In this document: in pieces, positions 7,279 to 16,224 of the stretch
How positions within the stretch are numbered: the first letter of the stretch is position 1
Layout of the letters: each line of letters starts with the position of its first letter
From: Candidatus Saccharimonas aalborgensis
GTDB taxonomy: Bacteria; Patescibacteriota; Saccharimonadia; Saccharimonadales; Saccharimonadaceae
Direction: 5' to 3'
Assembly (NCBI RefSeq): GCF_000392435.1
Contig: NC_021219.1
Span: 240,001 to 272,000, forward strand
Length of the DNA stretch: 32,000 bases
The notes under the pieces: generated by a model
Told to the model about the DNA's origin: nothing
Database searches by the model: none
What the model saw: the letters and a program-made list of their open reading frames with translations, nothing else
Translations under genes and position numbers: made by a program

Positions 7279-9869
7279 CGTCGACGCTTACTTTTTGGAG
7301 GATGAGCTGCCGCATATTCTTTTAACTCAATAGCAGTATGCTCTCGCCGGTCAAATACAAATAGCACCTCACGTCCATCGCGTGTAAACACGTGGTCCGG
7401 AAGTGTTTCAATAACTTCACGGCGAATGCCATGAATTTTCGGCTTGTGATTGCGGAAATCAACTTGATAACTCTTGCCGTTTATCGCGACGAATGGCCAG
7501 GCATCTTCGATGATCTTCTCCGTCTCAGGCTTACTGACATAGCGGGTGTCCAAGCCAGCTTCTTGCATGATAACCCACAGATTATCGTCAATCTGTTGCG
7601 GATCGATCACGTCTAGCGGGGTAGCCTGGTCAATCATCGCTTCGAGCTCACGCTGTGTCATTACTTTGATTGGTGTTGCTGACCGATGATTCAGCTGTTC
7701 AAGCTCTTTTTTTAGATCACGTAGTCGACGCTGCGCTGGACCAGGATGATTCATTGCGTATGCGATCACCTCACGGCGCACCTCTGGAGATGGCGTGATG
7801 GCAGTTTCTCTCAACTGATGCGTGTCTTCGCCAACAATATGCTCAATTTCTTGTCTGAGGGGTCGTCCGTTTCGCCAGACAATTCCGCCTTCGGTCCACT
7901 GCGTCATAGCGATGGCCGCGTCGCCAAGCGTGTGAAGATCAGGAAGTGCTGTCACCGACTCAATAATATCAACTGTTTCCAGTTCTCCTCGCCTTCGACG
8001 TTCCATGCGGTATGGCGAACCAACTACAAATGGTGCCTGACGTCTATCGACAACGCTCCGGTTACTCAGCTCAAATACGGTTTCATCACCTTCTTCAGTC
8101 AGGAGTCGATAGCCAATACGTCCAATTCTTCTATAGACATGTTCGATATAGCCAGCGTAAATACACGATCGTAACTCCGGTGTATGTTCATCGGTCGCCA
8201 CGATAAGTTCCTTGCCATCTACGCCCAACAGTCGACACAGCCGCTCAAATAATTCCTCAGCTCGACGAAAGTTCTTGCTATCGATACCAAGTTGCTTCAA
8301 TTGATAGTCAGTCTTTTCTCGTGTCTTTGTAAATAATTCGAGCTGCATGAGCACATCCGACGAAGACTCCTCAGCAATCTCGCGCCATTTCCGACTGGCA
8401 AATTTGTCGTAAAGAGGCAGACCTCCCGTTTCGATCACTGCCGCTATCGCTGCCACCATTGTGCGGATGTCGGTGTTCATCTGCTCGGCCTTAACCAGCA
8501 TGCGGCCTAGCTGTGGACGAACCGGGTATCGATCCATGCGCATACCTAGTTCCGTCACTTGGTTGTTGTCGTCAAGTGCTCCGAGTGTTCGTAGCGATGC
8601 TTCTCCGACCACGATGAGTTCTGGCGGCACCGGCTCTGGCGGAATATCAAGCTCAGCAAATCGTTCTCCCATAGCAGCGAGCCGTAGTATGTGACGCGAC
8701 ACATCACTTCTCAATATCTCCGGAATCTCATACTCATGGCGCTGCGCCATAGATCGAAACTCACTCTCGGCATTTGGCTTAGTTAGTACGTGTATGCCTT
8801 CGCTTAGCCTGCCACCGCGACCGCCCTGCTGCTTCAAGGCCGATTGAGAGATAGGGCGGCTAAACAATCCTTCGTGCCCACGCTTATCGATCTCAACCAT
8901 GCGCGCTTGTCCGTCGGAAATAACACAATTAATGCCGCTGATCGTCAGACTTGTTTGGGCGATATTGGTTGCGACAACAATTTTAATAGGTGGCGTACTT
9001 TCACAGGCCGCATGTTGCTCCCGCTCAGACAAACGACTATAGAGCGGGTAAATTCCCGCCTGCGTCAAGATATCCTTTGGCAATAATCGCCTGAGTTCAT
9101 CAATGAGATCCCGAATCTCACGCTGTCCCTGCTGAAATACAAGTACGCCCTTGCCCTCTGACGCATATTTTATAGTTTGCTCGAGAACCGTCGAGTTTGG
9201 CTCTTCGATATAGGTGATCGGATAGGTACGACCGGGCACCTCGATAATCGGTGGCATGGTTTCGGTTACTTCTGAGAAATACTGCTGGAGGCGCTCAGCG
9301 TCCATTGTAGCGCTAGTGATTACTAGCTTGAGGTGTGGATTACGACTCAGCTCTCTCTTATATAGCGCAAGCAAAATCGACATATTGGCATTCCACTCAT
9401 GCACTTCGTCGACAATTGCCAATACATCCTGCCTGTCGCGAGGCCTATGCAGCTGATAGACTAATTGTAGTCCGTCGGTATACATCGAGATACGCGTATT
9501 TGGCGTAATTGTACTTTTTTCGGCAGTCTGATAGCCGACGATATCGGGCGGCAACTCAGGCATAACCTGGCGGATTTCGTAACCAATACGTTCAACTACC
9601 TCACGCGCTGCGATGCGTCGTGGCTGCGTATGCTCAATAACATGTCCCATCTCTAGGCCAATCTTTGGTAGCTGCGTACTTTTGCCGCTGCCCGTCTCGC
9701 CGACCACAATCACTACCTGATTCTCACGGATAGCATCGGTGATCTGCTGTTTGTGCTCTGCAATGGGGAGATCAAAGTATTCGGGTTTGACAAACTCGCC
9801 ATACTGATACGGCGTCCAAAGTTGCCGACCGAGGGGTACTTCTTGACCGGGAGAGCGTTCTCTGCTCAT
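7275..9869 (-). CDS. DEAH-box ATP-dependent helicase, HrpA/HrpB-like, with a long C-terminal extension
   Basis: Motifs GETGSGKSTQLP, DEVHE, TSATMD, VATNIAQTSLTI, QQGGRGGR. About 200 C-terminal residues follow that I cannot assign. Confidence 0.9.
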   Translation of the reverse strand: MSRERSPGQEVPLGRQLWTPYQYGEFVKPEYFDLPIAEHKQQITDAIRENQVVIVVGETGSGKSTQLPKIGLEMGHVIEHTQPRRIAAREVVERIGYEIRQVMPELPPDIVGYQTAEKSTITPNTRISMYTDGLQLVYQLHRPRDRQDVLAIVDEVHEWNANMSILLALYKRELSRNPHLKLVITSATMDAERLQQYFSEVTETMPPIIEVPGRTYPITYIEEPNSTVLEQTIKYASEGKGVLVFQQGQREIRDLIDELRRLLPKDILTQAGIYPLYSRLSEREQHAACESTPPIKIVVATNIAQTSLTISGINCVISDGQARMVEIDKRGHEGLFSRPISQSALKQQGGRGGRLSEGIHVLTKPNAESEFRSMAQRHEYEIPEILRSDVSRHILRLAAMGERFAELDIPPEPVPPELIVVGEASLRTLGALDDNNQVTELGMRMDRYPVRPQLGRMLVKAEQMNTDIRTMVAAIAAVIETGGLPLYDKFASRKWREIAEESSSDVLMQLELFTKTREKTDYQLKQLGIDSKNFRRAEELFERLCRLLGVDGKELIVATDEHTPELRSCIYAGYIEHVYRRIGRIGYRLLTEEGDETVFELSNRSVVDRRQAPFVVGSPYRMERRRRGELETVDIIESVTALPDLHTLGDAAIAMTQWTEGGIVWRNGRPLRQEIEHIVGEDTHQLRETAITPSPEVRREVIAYAMNHPGPAQRRLRDLKKELEQLNHRSATPIKVMTQRELEAMIDQATPLDVIDPQQIDDNLWVIMQEAGLDTRYVSKPETEKIIEDAWPFVAINGKSYQVDFRNHKPKIHGIRREVIETLPDHVFTRDGREVLFVFDRREHTAIELKEYAAAHPPKSKRRR

Positions 9870-9955
9870 ACTGCCTTTCGCCCACCCGTCACTGTTTTTA
9901 TTATGCGCCTACCGTCCAGTTGCCGGTACGGTATCTGTCCATAGTCGGTCTATTT

Positions 9956-10678
9956 CTACTCAGTTTTGCCGTCAGATGCGGGGACTTCTGCTGATTCTTG
10001 CTCGCCCTCAGCCGCCACTTCACTCTCATCTTGAGCGGCCCCGGCTGCTGCTTCGTTTGCTGCCTGAAGAGCACTTGGTTCGTAGACCGAAGCAACGACA
10101 AGGTCCATGATAGATGGTTTCTCGGTTTCCTCATCCTCATCAGCGTGTCCATCGCTATGCTCGACGATCTCAACACCCTGCGGCAGCACAATGTTGCCCA
10201 CGGTCACACGATCGCCAGCCTCGGCTAACTCAAGGATAGAAACTTCAAGCGCCTCTGGTAGATCCATCGGCAAGGCTTTGACCTCTAGTTTTTCGATGGT
10301 TTGAAGCACGACGAGGCCCGCGCGCTCAGCAGCTGACTCACCCTCGCCAACCAATCGTACTGGCACCTCAGCATGGACTGGTTCATCGGCTCTGACTGCG
10401 TGAAATGCAACATGACGAATCACACCGTGCTTTGCGGGGTCATACTCAACACTTTTTATCATAGCGATACGCTTTTTTGCACCGGTCAAATTGACAGGCG
10501 TATGCTTGCCGGCCGATGCAACCACCTTTCGCACTTCACCCGCATCAGCCTGTACCGATTGCGGCTCCATGCCGGGTCCATACACAACCGCAGGGGTCAA
10601 TCCCTGTGCACGAAGCTGTGCGACTTTCTTTCCATGTATATCGCGCGCCTCAATCTTGAGACTAATTTTATCTCCCAT
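9956..10678 (-). CDS. rplY: 50S ribosomal protein L25 (Ctc form) with an acidic C-terminal tail
   Basis: The N-terminus LKIEARDIHGKKVAQLRAQGLTPAVVYG is typical of L25/Ctc. The two-domain length fits. GGAG lies 6 nt upstream of the ATG. Confidence 0.9.
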   Translation of the reverse strand: MGDKISLKIEARDIHGKKVAQLRAQGLTPAVVYGPGMEPQSVQADAGEVRKVVASAGKHTPVNLTGAKKRIAMIKSVEYDPAKHGVIRHVAFHAVRADEPVHAEVPVRLVGEGESAAERAGLVVLQTIEKLEVKALPMDLPEALEVSILELAEAGDRVTVGNIVLPQGVEIVEHSDGHADEDEETEKPSIMDLVVASVYEPSALQAANEAAAGAAQDESEVAAEGEQESAEVPASDGKTE

Positions 10679-10754
10679 ACTTCTCCTTTCGGGTACCTTT
10701 TCGGAGGTAAATTGTTGTCCCTACTAGTATATCATGTCTAGGTGGTCTCTATGT

Positions 10755-10760
10755 TAGAAT
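10755..10760 (+). promoter_or_regulatory. -10 box (TAGAAT) 7 nt upstream of the dedA ATG, leaderless geometry
   Basis: Reads TAGAAT agagtgc ATG with no Shine-Dalgarno. Confidence 0.4.
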
Positions 10761-10767
10761 AGAGTGC

Positions 10768-11427
10768 ATGGAAGGATTCATCAATCTTATAACTGGCTTT
10801 GGGGTCTTCGCTATTCTTTTTGTGATATACGCGGAATCAGGGCTTCTGATCGGCTTTCTATTTCCTGGCGACAGCCTGCTTTTTATGTCGGGATTTCTCG
10901 TTCAACAGCAGACGCTGAATATCAACATTCATCTCTTTGTGTTTCTCCTTTTTCTCGCGGCAGCGCTGGGCGAGAGTACGGGCTATCTCTTTGGAAAAAA
11001 GGTGGGAAGAAAACTATTTGAGCGACCAAATACACGGTTCTTTCGCCGAGAAAACTTGGTTCGAACTGAGCAGTTTTACGAAAAACACGGTCCGATAGCC
11101 ATCGTGCTCGCCTGCTTTGTTCCGATCGTCCGAACGTTTGTGCCAATTGTTGCGGGTGTCAGCAAAATGAGCTATCGGCAATTTCTCCCCTACAACATAC
11201 TCGGAGCTGCACTCTGGACGGTGAGTTTCACCTACCTTGGCTACTTTGCGGGTGATTTGCTAAAAAAGATGGGGGTAAATGTCGAAATTGCAGCACTCAT
11301 CATCATCTTTCTCTCAATCTCGCCGATGCTCTACCACGCATTCAAAAGCCCCGAGCGCCGCAAAGGCTTGGTAGAAGGCACTAAGCGCGAAATCCGTATT
11401 TTACTACAACGAAATAGCAAGTCGTAA
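10768..11427 (+). CDS. dedA: DedA/VTT-domain family membrane protein
   Basis: Motifs LFPGDSLLFMSGFL and GYLFGKKVGRKLF, with multiple TM segments. Confidence 0.9.
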   Translation: MEGFINLITGFGVFAILFVIYAESGLLIGFLFPGDSLLFMSGFLVQQQTLNINIHLFVFLLFLAAALGESTGYLFGKKVGRKLFERPNTRFFRRENLVRTEQFYEKHGPIAIVLACFVPIVRTFVPIVAGVSKMSYRQFLPYNILGAALWTVSFTYLGYFAGDLLKKMGVNVEIAALIIIFLSISPMLYHAFKSPERRKGLVEGTKREIRILLQRNSKS

Positions 11428-11431
11428 GACA

Positions 11432-11440
11432 TGCTATAGT
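11432..11440 (+). promoter_or_regulatory. candidate extended -10 promoter (TGcTATAGT) placed 7 nt before the first base of the rRNA-like hairpin
   Basis: TG 11432-11433, TATAGT 11435-11440. The helix starts at G11448. I found no good -35 element. Confidence 0.4.
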
Positions 11441-11447
11441 ATTCTTG

Positions 11448-11544
11448 GTCCCGCGACGACACATTGACAGCCTGGCGCTCATCTTAGAAGCGATGACCGA
11501 TAATGGTGCGTAATAGCTCACTGGCCGAGTGTCTGTCGCGGGAC
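11448..11544 (+). ncRNA. orphan 23S rRNA helix 42-44 (GTPase-associated centre) copy or mimic
   Basis: GACAGCC-TGG...CTTAGAAGC...GCGTAATAGCTCACTGG-CCGAGTG matches, from my memory, E. coli 23S nt ~1045-1115. Both the A1067 and A1095 loops are intact. The H43-equivalent stem has a different sequence but still pairs. A 15-bp closing helix with one bulge (11448-11462 with 11529-11544) encloses it. It lies in the 125-nt gap between the convergent dedA and uvrA genes. Confidence 0.6.
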
Positions 11545-11552
11545 GCTCAACA

Positions 11553-14363
11553 CTACAGCATTTTTTTGAGATATTTCCCCGTAAAACTGGCGGGGATTTT
11601 TGCTATCTCTTCGGGGGTGCCCTGCGCTACAATTGTACCACCCCCTTGACCGCCCTCTGGACCAAGGTCAACGATGTGGTCGGCACATTTTATCACCTCG
11701 AGATTGTGTTCGATAATGATCATTGTGTTACCACCCTCCACCAGTTTCTGCAAAATTTCAAGTAACTTTTTGACATCGTGGGTATGGAGACCGGTCGTTG
11801 GTTCATCGAGAATATAGAGTGTTTTGCCAGTACTGCGCCGACTCAGCTCGCTGGCGAGCTTGATACGCTGTGCTTCACCACCACTAAAGGTTGTGGCTGG
11901 CTGACCCAGTTTGATATAGCCGAGGCCTACCTCATTGAGCGTATCGAGTTTACGCGCGATCGAGGGTACATTGGCAAAAAACTCACAGGCTTGTTCGACT
12001 GTCATATCCAGAACATCACTGATTGTCACACCCTTATATTTTATTTCGAGCGCTTCACGGTTGTAGCGCTTGCCTTTACACTCATCACACGTTACATAGA
12101 CATCAGGAAGGAAGTGCATCTCGATCTTGATAACTCCGTCACCCTGACAATTTTCACACCGACCACCTTTGACATTGAAACTAAATCGCCCTGCTTTGTA
12201 GCCGCGAATATTGGCCTCGGGGGTACCGGCAAACAATTCACGGATTGGCGTAAATACGCCGGTATACGTCGCTGGGTTTGACCTCGGCGTACGACCAATA
12301 GCTGACTGGTCAATCACTATCGCTTTATCGAGATGCTCGATCCCCTCAATATTCTCATGTGCACCCGGAACTTCCTGCGCACGGTGAAGTCGCGCCGATA
12401 ATTCTTTGGCCAAAATATCATTGACTAGCGTCGACTTACCGCTTCCGCTTACTCCTGTCACGACCGTCAAAATACCCAGAGGAAATACGACGTCAAGATT
12501 TTTGAGATTGTTTTCTTTTGCGCCCCTGATGGTAACTGCTCGATCTTTCTGGAGCTTACGGCGCGTGCGCGGCAAGGGAATCGTTTCTTTGCCTGAAAGA
12601 TACTTCCCGGTGATACTTGCTGGATTCTCGGCAACCTCTTTTGGTGTTCCATGAGCCACAATCTGCCCGCCATGCACGCCAGCACCCGGCCCAACATCGA
12701 CGAGATAATCAGCGTGGCGAATCGTGTCTTCATCGTGTTCGACAACAAGTACCGAGTTACCGAGGTCACGCAAATGCTTGAGCGTGCCGATCAGTCGATC
12801 ATTATCGCGCTGGTGCAGTCCGATTGACGGCTCATCAAGTACATAAAGTACTCCTTGTAACCCAGAGCCTATCTGTGTCGCTAGGCGAATACGCTGCGCT
12901 TCGCCACCGCTGAGAGTGTTTGCAGCACGTGATAATTCGAGGTAACTCAGGCCAACATTACTCATAAAGCCCAGACGCGCCATGATCTCTTTGAGAATCA
13001 GCTTTGCTATCACCATTTCATCGTCAGTAAGCTTCAACGCATTAAACAGATCAATCGCATCGTCAACACCTAGATTGCAGATATCCATGATAGATAAGTC
13101 ATGTACTGTCACCGCGAGCACCACCGGTTTGAGACGAGCTCCGTGGCAGGCATGACATTCACGCTCACGCATGAACCGTTCGATGTCTTTACGCATAAAC
13201 TCGCTCTCGGTTTCTTTGTGCCGCCGCTCAAGATTCGGGATAACACCCTCGTAGGTACTATCGTAATAGCGACCACCATTCAAAGTGATTCGATATTTTT
13301 GACTCCCCGTCCCATACAAGACTTTTTGCAAATCGTCAGGATGAAGTTGTTTCACCGGCACCTGCACGCTAAACCCATGCGCTTCAGCGACTGTTGCGAG
13401 GCGTTTCATATACCAAGCATCGCTATTGACTCGGTTATACGGCCGGATGGCTCCCTCGGCAATGGTGAGATTGGGGTTAAATACAAGATCAGGATCTATC
13501 TCTAGTCGACTCCCCAGCCCCGTACAAACCGGACAAGCGCCTTGTGGTGCATTAAAACTAAATAGTCGTGGTTCCAACTCAGGTATATCCTCACCGGGAT
13601 GGTCGATACAGGCATAGCGTTGGCTAAATGTATGCAGTGTATCACTATCGGCATCGAGCAACTGCACTACACCTCCTGCGATATCAAGCGCTTGTTCGGT
13701 CGACTGCGTGACTCGACTCACGGCATCCTGACGAAGCACTAGTCGATCAACAACTACTTCAATATCGTGCTTGAAGCTTTTTTGTAGTTCTGGAAACTCG
13801 TCGAGCGCATACACAACACCGTCAACACGTACTCTTGCAAATCCGAGGCGTCGATACTGCTCAGGAATATGAGCGAACTCACCTTTTTTTTGATTTACGA
13901 TAGGAGCCAGTATCAGCAATTTACTTCCCTCAGGAAGTTTCATAATTTCATCAATAATTGCCTGAGGGGTACGACGATGAACCGCTTTGGCACAAACAGG
14001 ACAGTGCGGTACGCCAATACGAGCATAAAGCAAACGCAGGTAGTCATAGATTTCAGTAACGGTCGCAACGGTACTGCGCGGATTACGGCTCGTCGACTTT
14101 TGGTCTATCGAAATAGCTGGGCTGAGACCATCGATACTATCGACATCTGGTTTGTCCATAATCCCAAGAAATTGTCTCGCGTAGCTACTCAATGACTCAA
14201 CATAGCGACGCTGACCTTCAGCGTAGATAGTGTCAAAGACAAGCGAGGATTTACCGCTCCCGCTCAAACCAGTTACTACCACCAACTGATCTCGAGGAAT
14301 CTCCACGTCGACATTCTTCAGATTATGTTCTCTCGCACCACGAACACGAATTACTTCTGACAT
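11553..14363 (-). CDS. uvrA: excinuclease ABC subunit A
   Basis: 936 aa with two ABC ATPase modules (GLSGSGKSS and GVSGSGKST; LSGGEAQR twice) and Cys4 zinc modules. Confidence 0.98.
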   Translation of the reverse strand: MSEVIRVRGAREHNLKNVDVEIPRDQLVVVTGLSGSGKSSLVFDTIYAEGQRRYVESLSSYARQFLGIMDKPDVDSIDGLSPAISIDQKSTSRNPRSTVATVTEIYDYLRLLYARIGVPHCPVCAKAVHRRTPQAIIDEIMKLPEGSKLLILAPIVNQKKGEFAHIPEQYRRLGFARVRVDGVVYALDEFPELQKSFKHDIEVVVDRLVLRQDAVSRVTQSTEQALDIAGGVVQLLDADSDTLHTFSQRYACIDHPGEDIPELEPRLFSFNAPQGACPVCTGLGSRLEIDPDLVFNPNLTIAEGAIRPYNRVNSDAWYMKRLATVAEAHGFSVQVPVKQLHPDDLQKVLYGTGSQKYRITLNGGRYYDSTYEGVIPNLERRHKETESEFMRKDIERFMRERECHACHGARLKPVVLAVTVHDLSIMDICNLGVDDAIDLFNALKLTDDEMVIAKLILKEIMARLGFMSNVGLSYLELSRAANTLSGGEAQRIRLATQIGSGLQGVLYVLDEPSIGLHQRDNDRLIGTLKHLRDLGNSVLVVEHDEDTIRHADYLVDVGPGAGVHGGQIVAHGTPKEVAENPASITGKYLSGKETIPLPRTRRKLQKDRAVTIRGAKENNLKNLDVVFPLGILTVVTGVSGSGKSTLVNDILAKELSARLHRAQEVPGAHENIEGIEHLDKAIVIDQSAIGRTPRSNPATYTGVFTPIRELFAGTPEANIRGYKAGRFSFNVKGGRCENCQGDGVIKIEMHFLPDVYVTCDECKGKRYNREALEIKYKGVTISDVLDMTVEQACEFFANVPSIARKLDTLNEVGLGYIKLGQPATTFSGGEAQRIKLASELSRRSTGKTLYILDEPTTGLHTHDVKKLLEILQKLVEGGNTMIIIEHNLEVIKCADHIVDLGPEGGQGGGTIVAQGTPEEIAKIPASFTGKYLKKML

Positions 14364-14371
14364 GGGTCTAC

Positions 14372-14377
14372 ATTGTA
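14372..14377 (-). promoter_or_regulatory. -10 box (TACAAT) 8 nt upstream of the uvrA ATG, leaderless geometry
   Basis: The minus strand reads TACAAT gtagaccc ATG with no Shine-Dalgarno. Confidence 0.4.
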
Positions 14378-14495
14378 CAGTAGTATGTCATTTTTTTCCA
14401 GACCTTAGGCGCTATCCGTAGTGTAGATAATGCTTATAGTTGCATTATTTTGACATATTTGCTACATTGTTTTTAATTAGAAGTTGTGAAATCCT

Positions 14496-14774
14496 ATGAA
14501 CAAACGTATTCTCCTACTCATTGCTGCCGCCATCGCCCTGATCGTCCTGACACAGGGTCCGGTCGCCGACGCCCTCCTTACCTTTATTGTCACCGGTATC
14601 GTACCGGGAACAGGCGTCGCACTGCCATTTTGGGCTATTGTGACGATGAGCACGATGCTCTCTTTGATAGCTGTCGTGATTCTCGTCGATGACATCGCAC
14701 TCGATCGTCAGAAGTCAAAAGCATCCTCAAAACAGGCTACAAAAATGCCTCGTCGACGCTATAGCCATATTTAA
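14496..14774 (+). CDS. small hypothetical membrane protein (2-3 TM) with a basic tail
   Basis: Hydrophobic segments LLLIAAAIALIVL, IVTGIVPGTGVALPFWAIV and LSLIAVVILV, then a Lys/Arg/Ser-rich tail. Candidate promoter TTGCAT-17-TACATT upstream. Confidence 0.6.
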   Translation: MNKRILLLIAAAIALIVLTQGPVADALLTFIVTGIVPGTGVALPFWAIVTMSTMLSLIAVVILVDDIALDRQKSKASSKQATKMPRRRYSHI

Positions 14775-16186
14775 TCTTCGACTGGAATAATCGATTCGGC
14801 CCAAAGTTGCAACTCCTGCAGAATAAACTGACGAGATTCGTCGACTGATTTTGCAAGTCGATGATACGCAGTCATAAACTGTGGCAGTTGTGCACGGAGA
14901 CGATTTGCTCGCCACTGTTCCCAATCGTTTGTCTCTGATTCACTGAGGGTGCGCGGATAGTTTCGCGCCTTGTAGTGCAACAGAAGCGGCGTCAACCTCT
15001 CATCATTAAAATCAGGGTGGAAATCAGCAAGTTCTGATTCGGCTGCATTTCGCACCGCCTCGACACGCAGACGGTCATGATCACCGAGAAAGCTATCATA
15101 AAGCTGGCCTTCGGGGTCGGGGCAAGCTTTATAGGCCGGTTTGCTCTCATAAAGTGAACGAATATTCTCAGCAAATTCCGGATGAGCAAGCAATAGTTTT
15201 TTGTGACGCTCTATCGTTTGGGCATCGAGTTCAATTTTTTTCCATCCGTCTCCCTGTTCGAGCACTCCAAGCGGCGCAACCGCAGGAGCGCGATTATACT
15301 GAAGTTCCTTAACAGGCAGTGCCACAAACTCTGGCTTTTGACGCTCCTCCCAGGAAGCAAAAAAGGCAGTGGTCCGCTGCTTGCCAGTCATGGTCATAAA
15401 CGGTGTAGGATCGTGACGCAAATCATAGACCACTACATTGCCATTTGTGCCCGACGTCAAAGGAAAGGCCACCGTTGTCTTAGCATACGCCTTGTCATAG
15501 CGCCCGCTGGTATAGACAAATGGTTTTTTGTCGTCGAGATTGATGAGTTGTTGCACCGCCCGCTTATCGCGCATCTTTAAGAGATAGTCAAATAATTGTG
15601 GTTGGCTCGTCTTTATCAGCCGAGTAATGTCGATGAGAGCTACAACATCTGCCAAAGCATCGTGTGCGTTCTCGTGCACAATGTTATTCGCTTTTGTGAG
15701 TAGCTCCAGACGATTACTTGGCTCGCCCTTGTCGTCAGTTGGCCAAATGACACCCTCGGACCTCAGTGCGCGAGTCATACGCACCACATCGAGCATGTCC
15801 CAGCGGCTTCTGCCGTCCTGCCAACTCCAGCTATACGGGTCATGAAAGTTACGCCAGAGGAGATGGCGAATGAATTCATCGTCAAATCGAATGTTGTTGA
15901 AGCCAACCATGATCGTGTCAGGAGTCGCAATCTCCTCTGAAAACAGATTTGCAAACGCCGCCTCGCTATAGCCGTCACTGACGGTCTGCTGCGGTGTGAT
16001 TCCCGTCACCATCAGCGCATCAGGACTCGGCAGGGTATCGTCACACAGCGTCACCAAGATATTGTAGGGTTCCCCGATGAGATTGAGATTAAGATCGGTT
16101 CGCTGCCCAGCAAACTGCATGATGCGGTCCTCACGCGGGTTTAACCCGCTCGTTTCGAGATCATAAAAGAAAAATGTCTGCGCCAT
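14771..16186 (-). CDS. sbcB: exodeoxyribonuclease I
   Basis: 471 aa. DnaQ-like N-terminus FFFYDLETSGLNPREDRIMQFAGQRTD plus HDALADV. Length and layout match ExoI. Confidence 0.9.
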   Translation of the reverse strand: MAQTFFFYDLETSGLNPREDRIMQFAGQRTDLNLNLIGEPYNILVTLCDDTLPSPDALMVTGITPQQTVSDGYSEAAFANLFSEEIATPDTIMVGFNNIRFDDEFIRHLLWRNFHDPYSWSWQDGRSRWDMLDVVRMTRALRSEGVIWPTDDKGEPSNRLELLTKANNIVHENAHDALADVVALIDITRLIKTSQPQLFDYLLKMRDKRAVQQLINLDDKKPFVYTSGRYDKAYAKTTVAFPLTSGTNGNVVVYDLRHDPTPFMTMTGKQRTTAFFASWEERQKPEFVALPVKELQYNRAPAVAPLGVLEQGDGWKKIELDAQTIERHKKLLLAHPEFAENIRSLYESKPAYKACPDPEGQLYDSFLGDHDRLRVEAVRNAAESELADFHPDFNDERLTPLLLHYKARNYPRTLSESETNDWEQWRANRLRAQLPQFMTAYHRLAKSVDESRQFILQELQLWAESIIPVED

Positions 16187-16195
16187 ACTGCTACT

Positions 16196-16201
16196 AGTGT
16201 A
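16196..16201 (-). promoter_or_regulatory. -10 box (TACACT) 9 nt upstream of the sbcB ATG, leaderless geometry
   Basis: The minus strand reads TACACT agtagcagt ATG, directly after the terminator U-tract of the upstream RNA gene. Confidence 0.4.
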
Positions 16202-16203
16202 TC

Positions 16204-16224
16204 AAAAAACACCCCTATAGGGTG
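16204..16224 (-). terminator. intrinsic terminator of the large ncRNA
   Basis: Minus-strand RNA CACCC-UAUAG-GGGUG (16224-16210) followed by UUUUUU (16209-16204). Confidence 0.55.

Noticed and set aside
11778-12281. Long antisense shadow ORFs inside large genes (for example 11778-12281 and 13101-13505 in uvrA, 22414-23010, 25005-25553, 3725-4246, 17458-17928)
   Set aside because: Each lies entirely opposite a confidently identified gene, has a low-complexity or odd composition, and has no start context.
14364-14385. A possible SOS (LexA) box in front of uvrA (TACTGTACAATGTAG)
   Set aside because: It has the CTGT half of the E. coli-type CTGT-N8-ACAG box but not the ACAG half. It does not match the Gram-positive CGAAC-N4-GTTCG type either. 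The TACAAT inside it is better explained as the -10 box.
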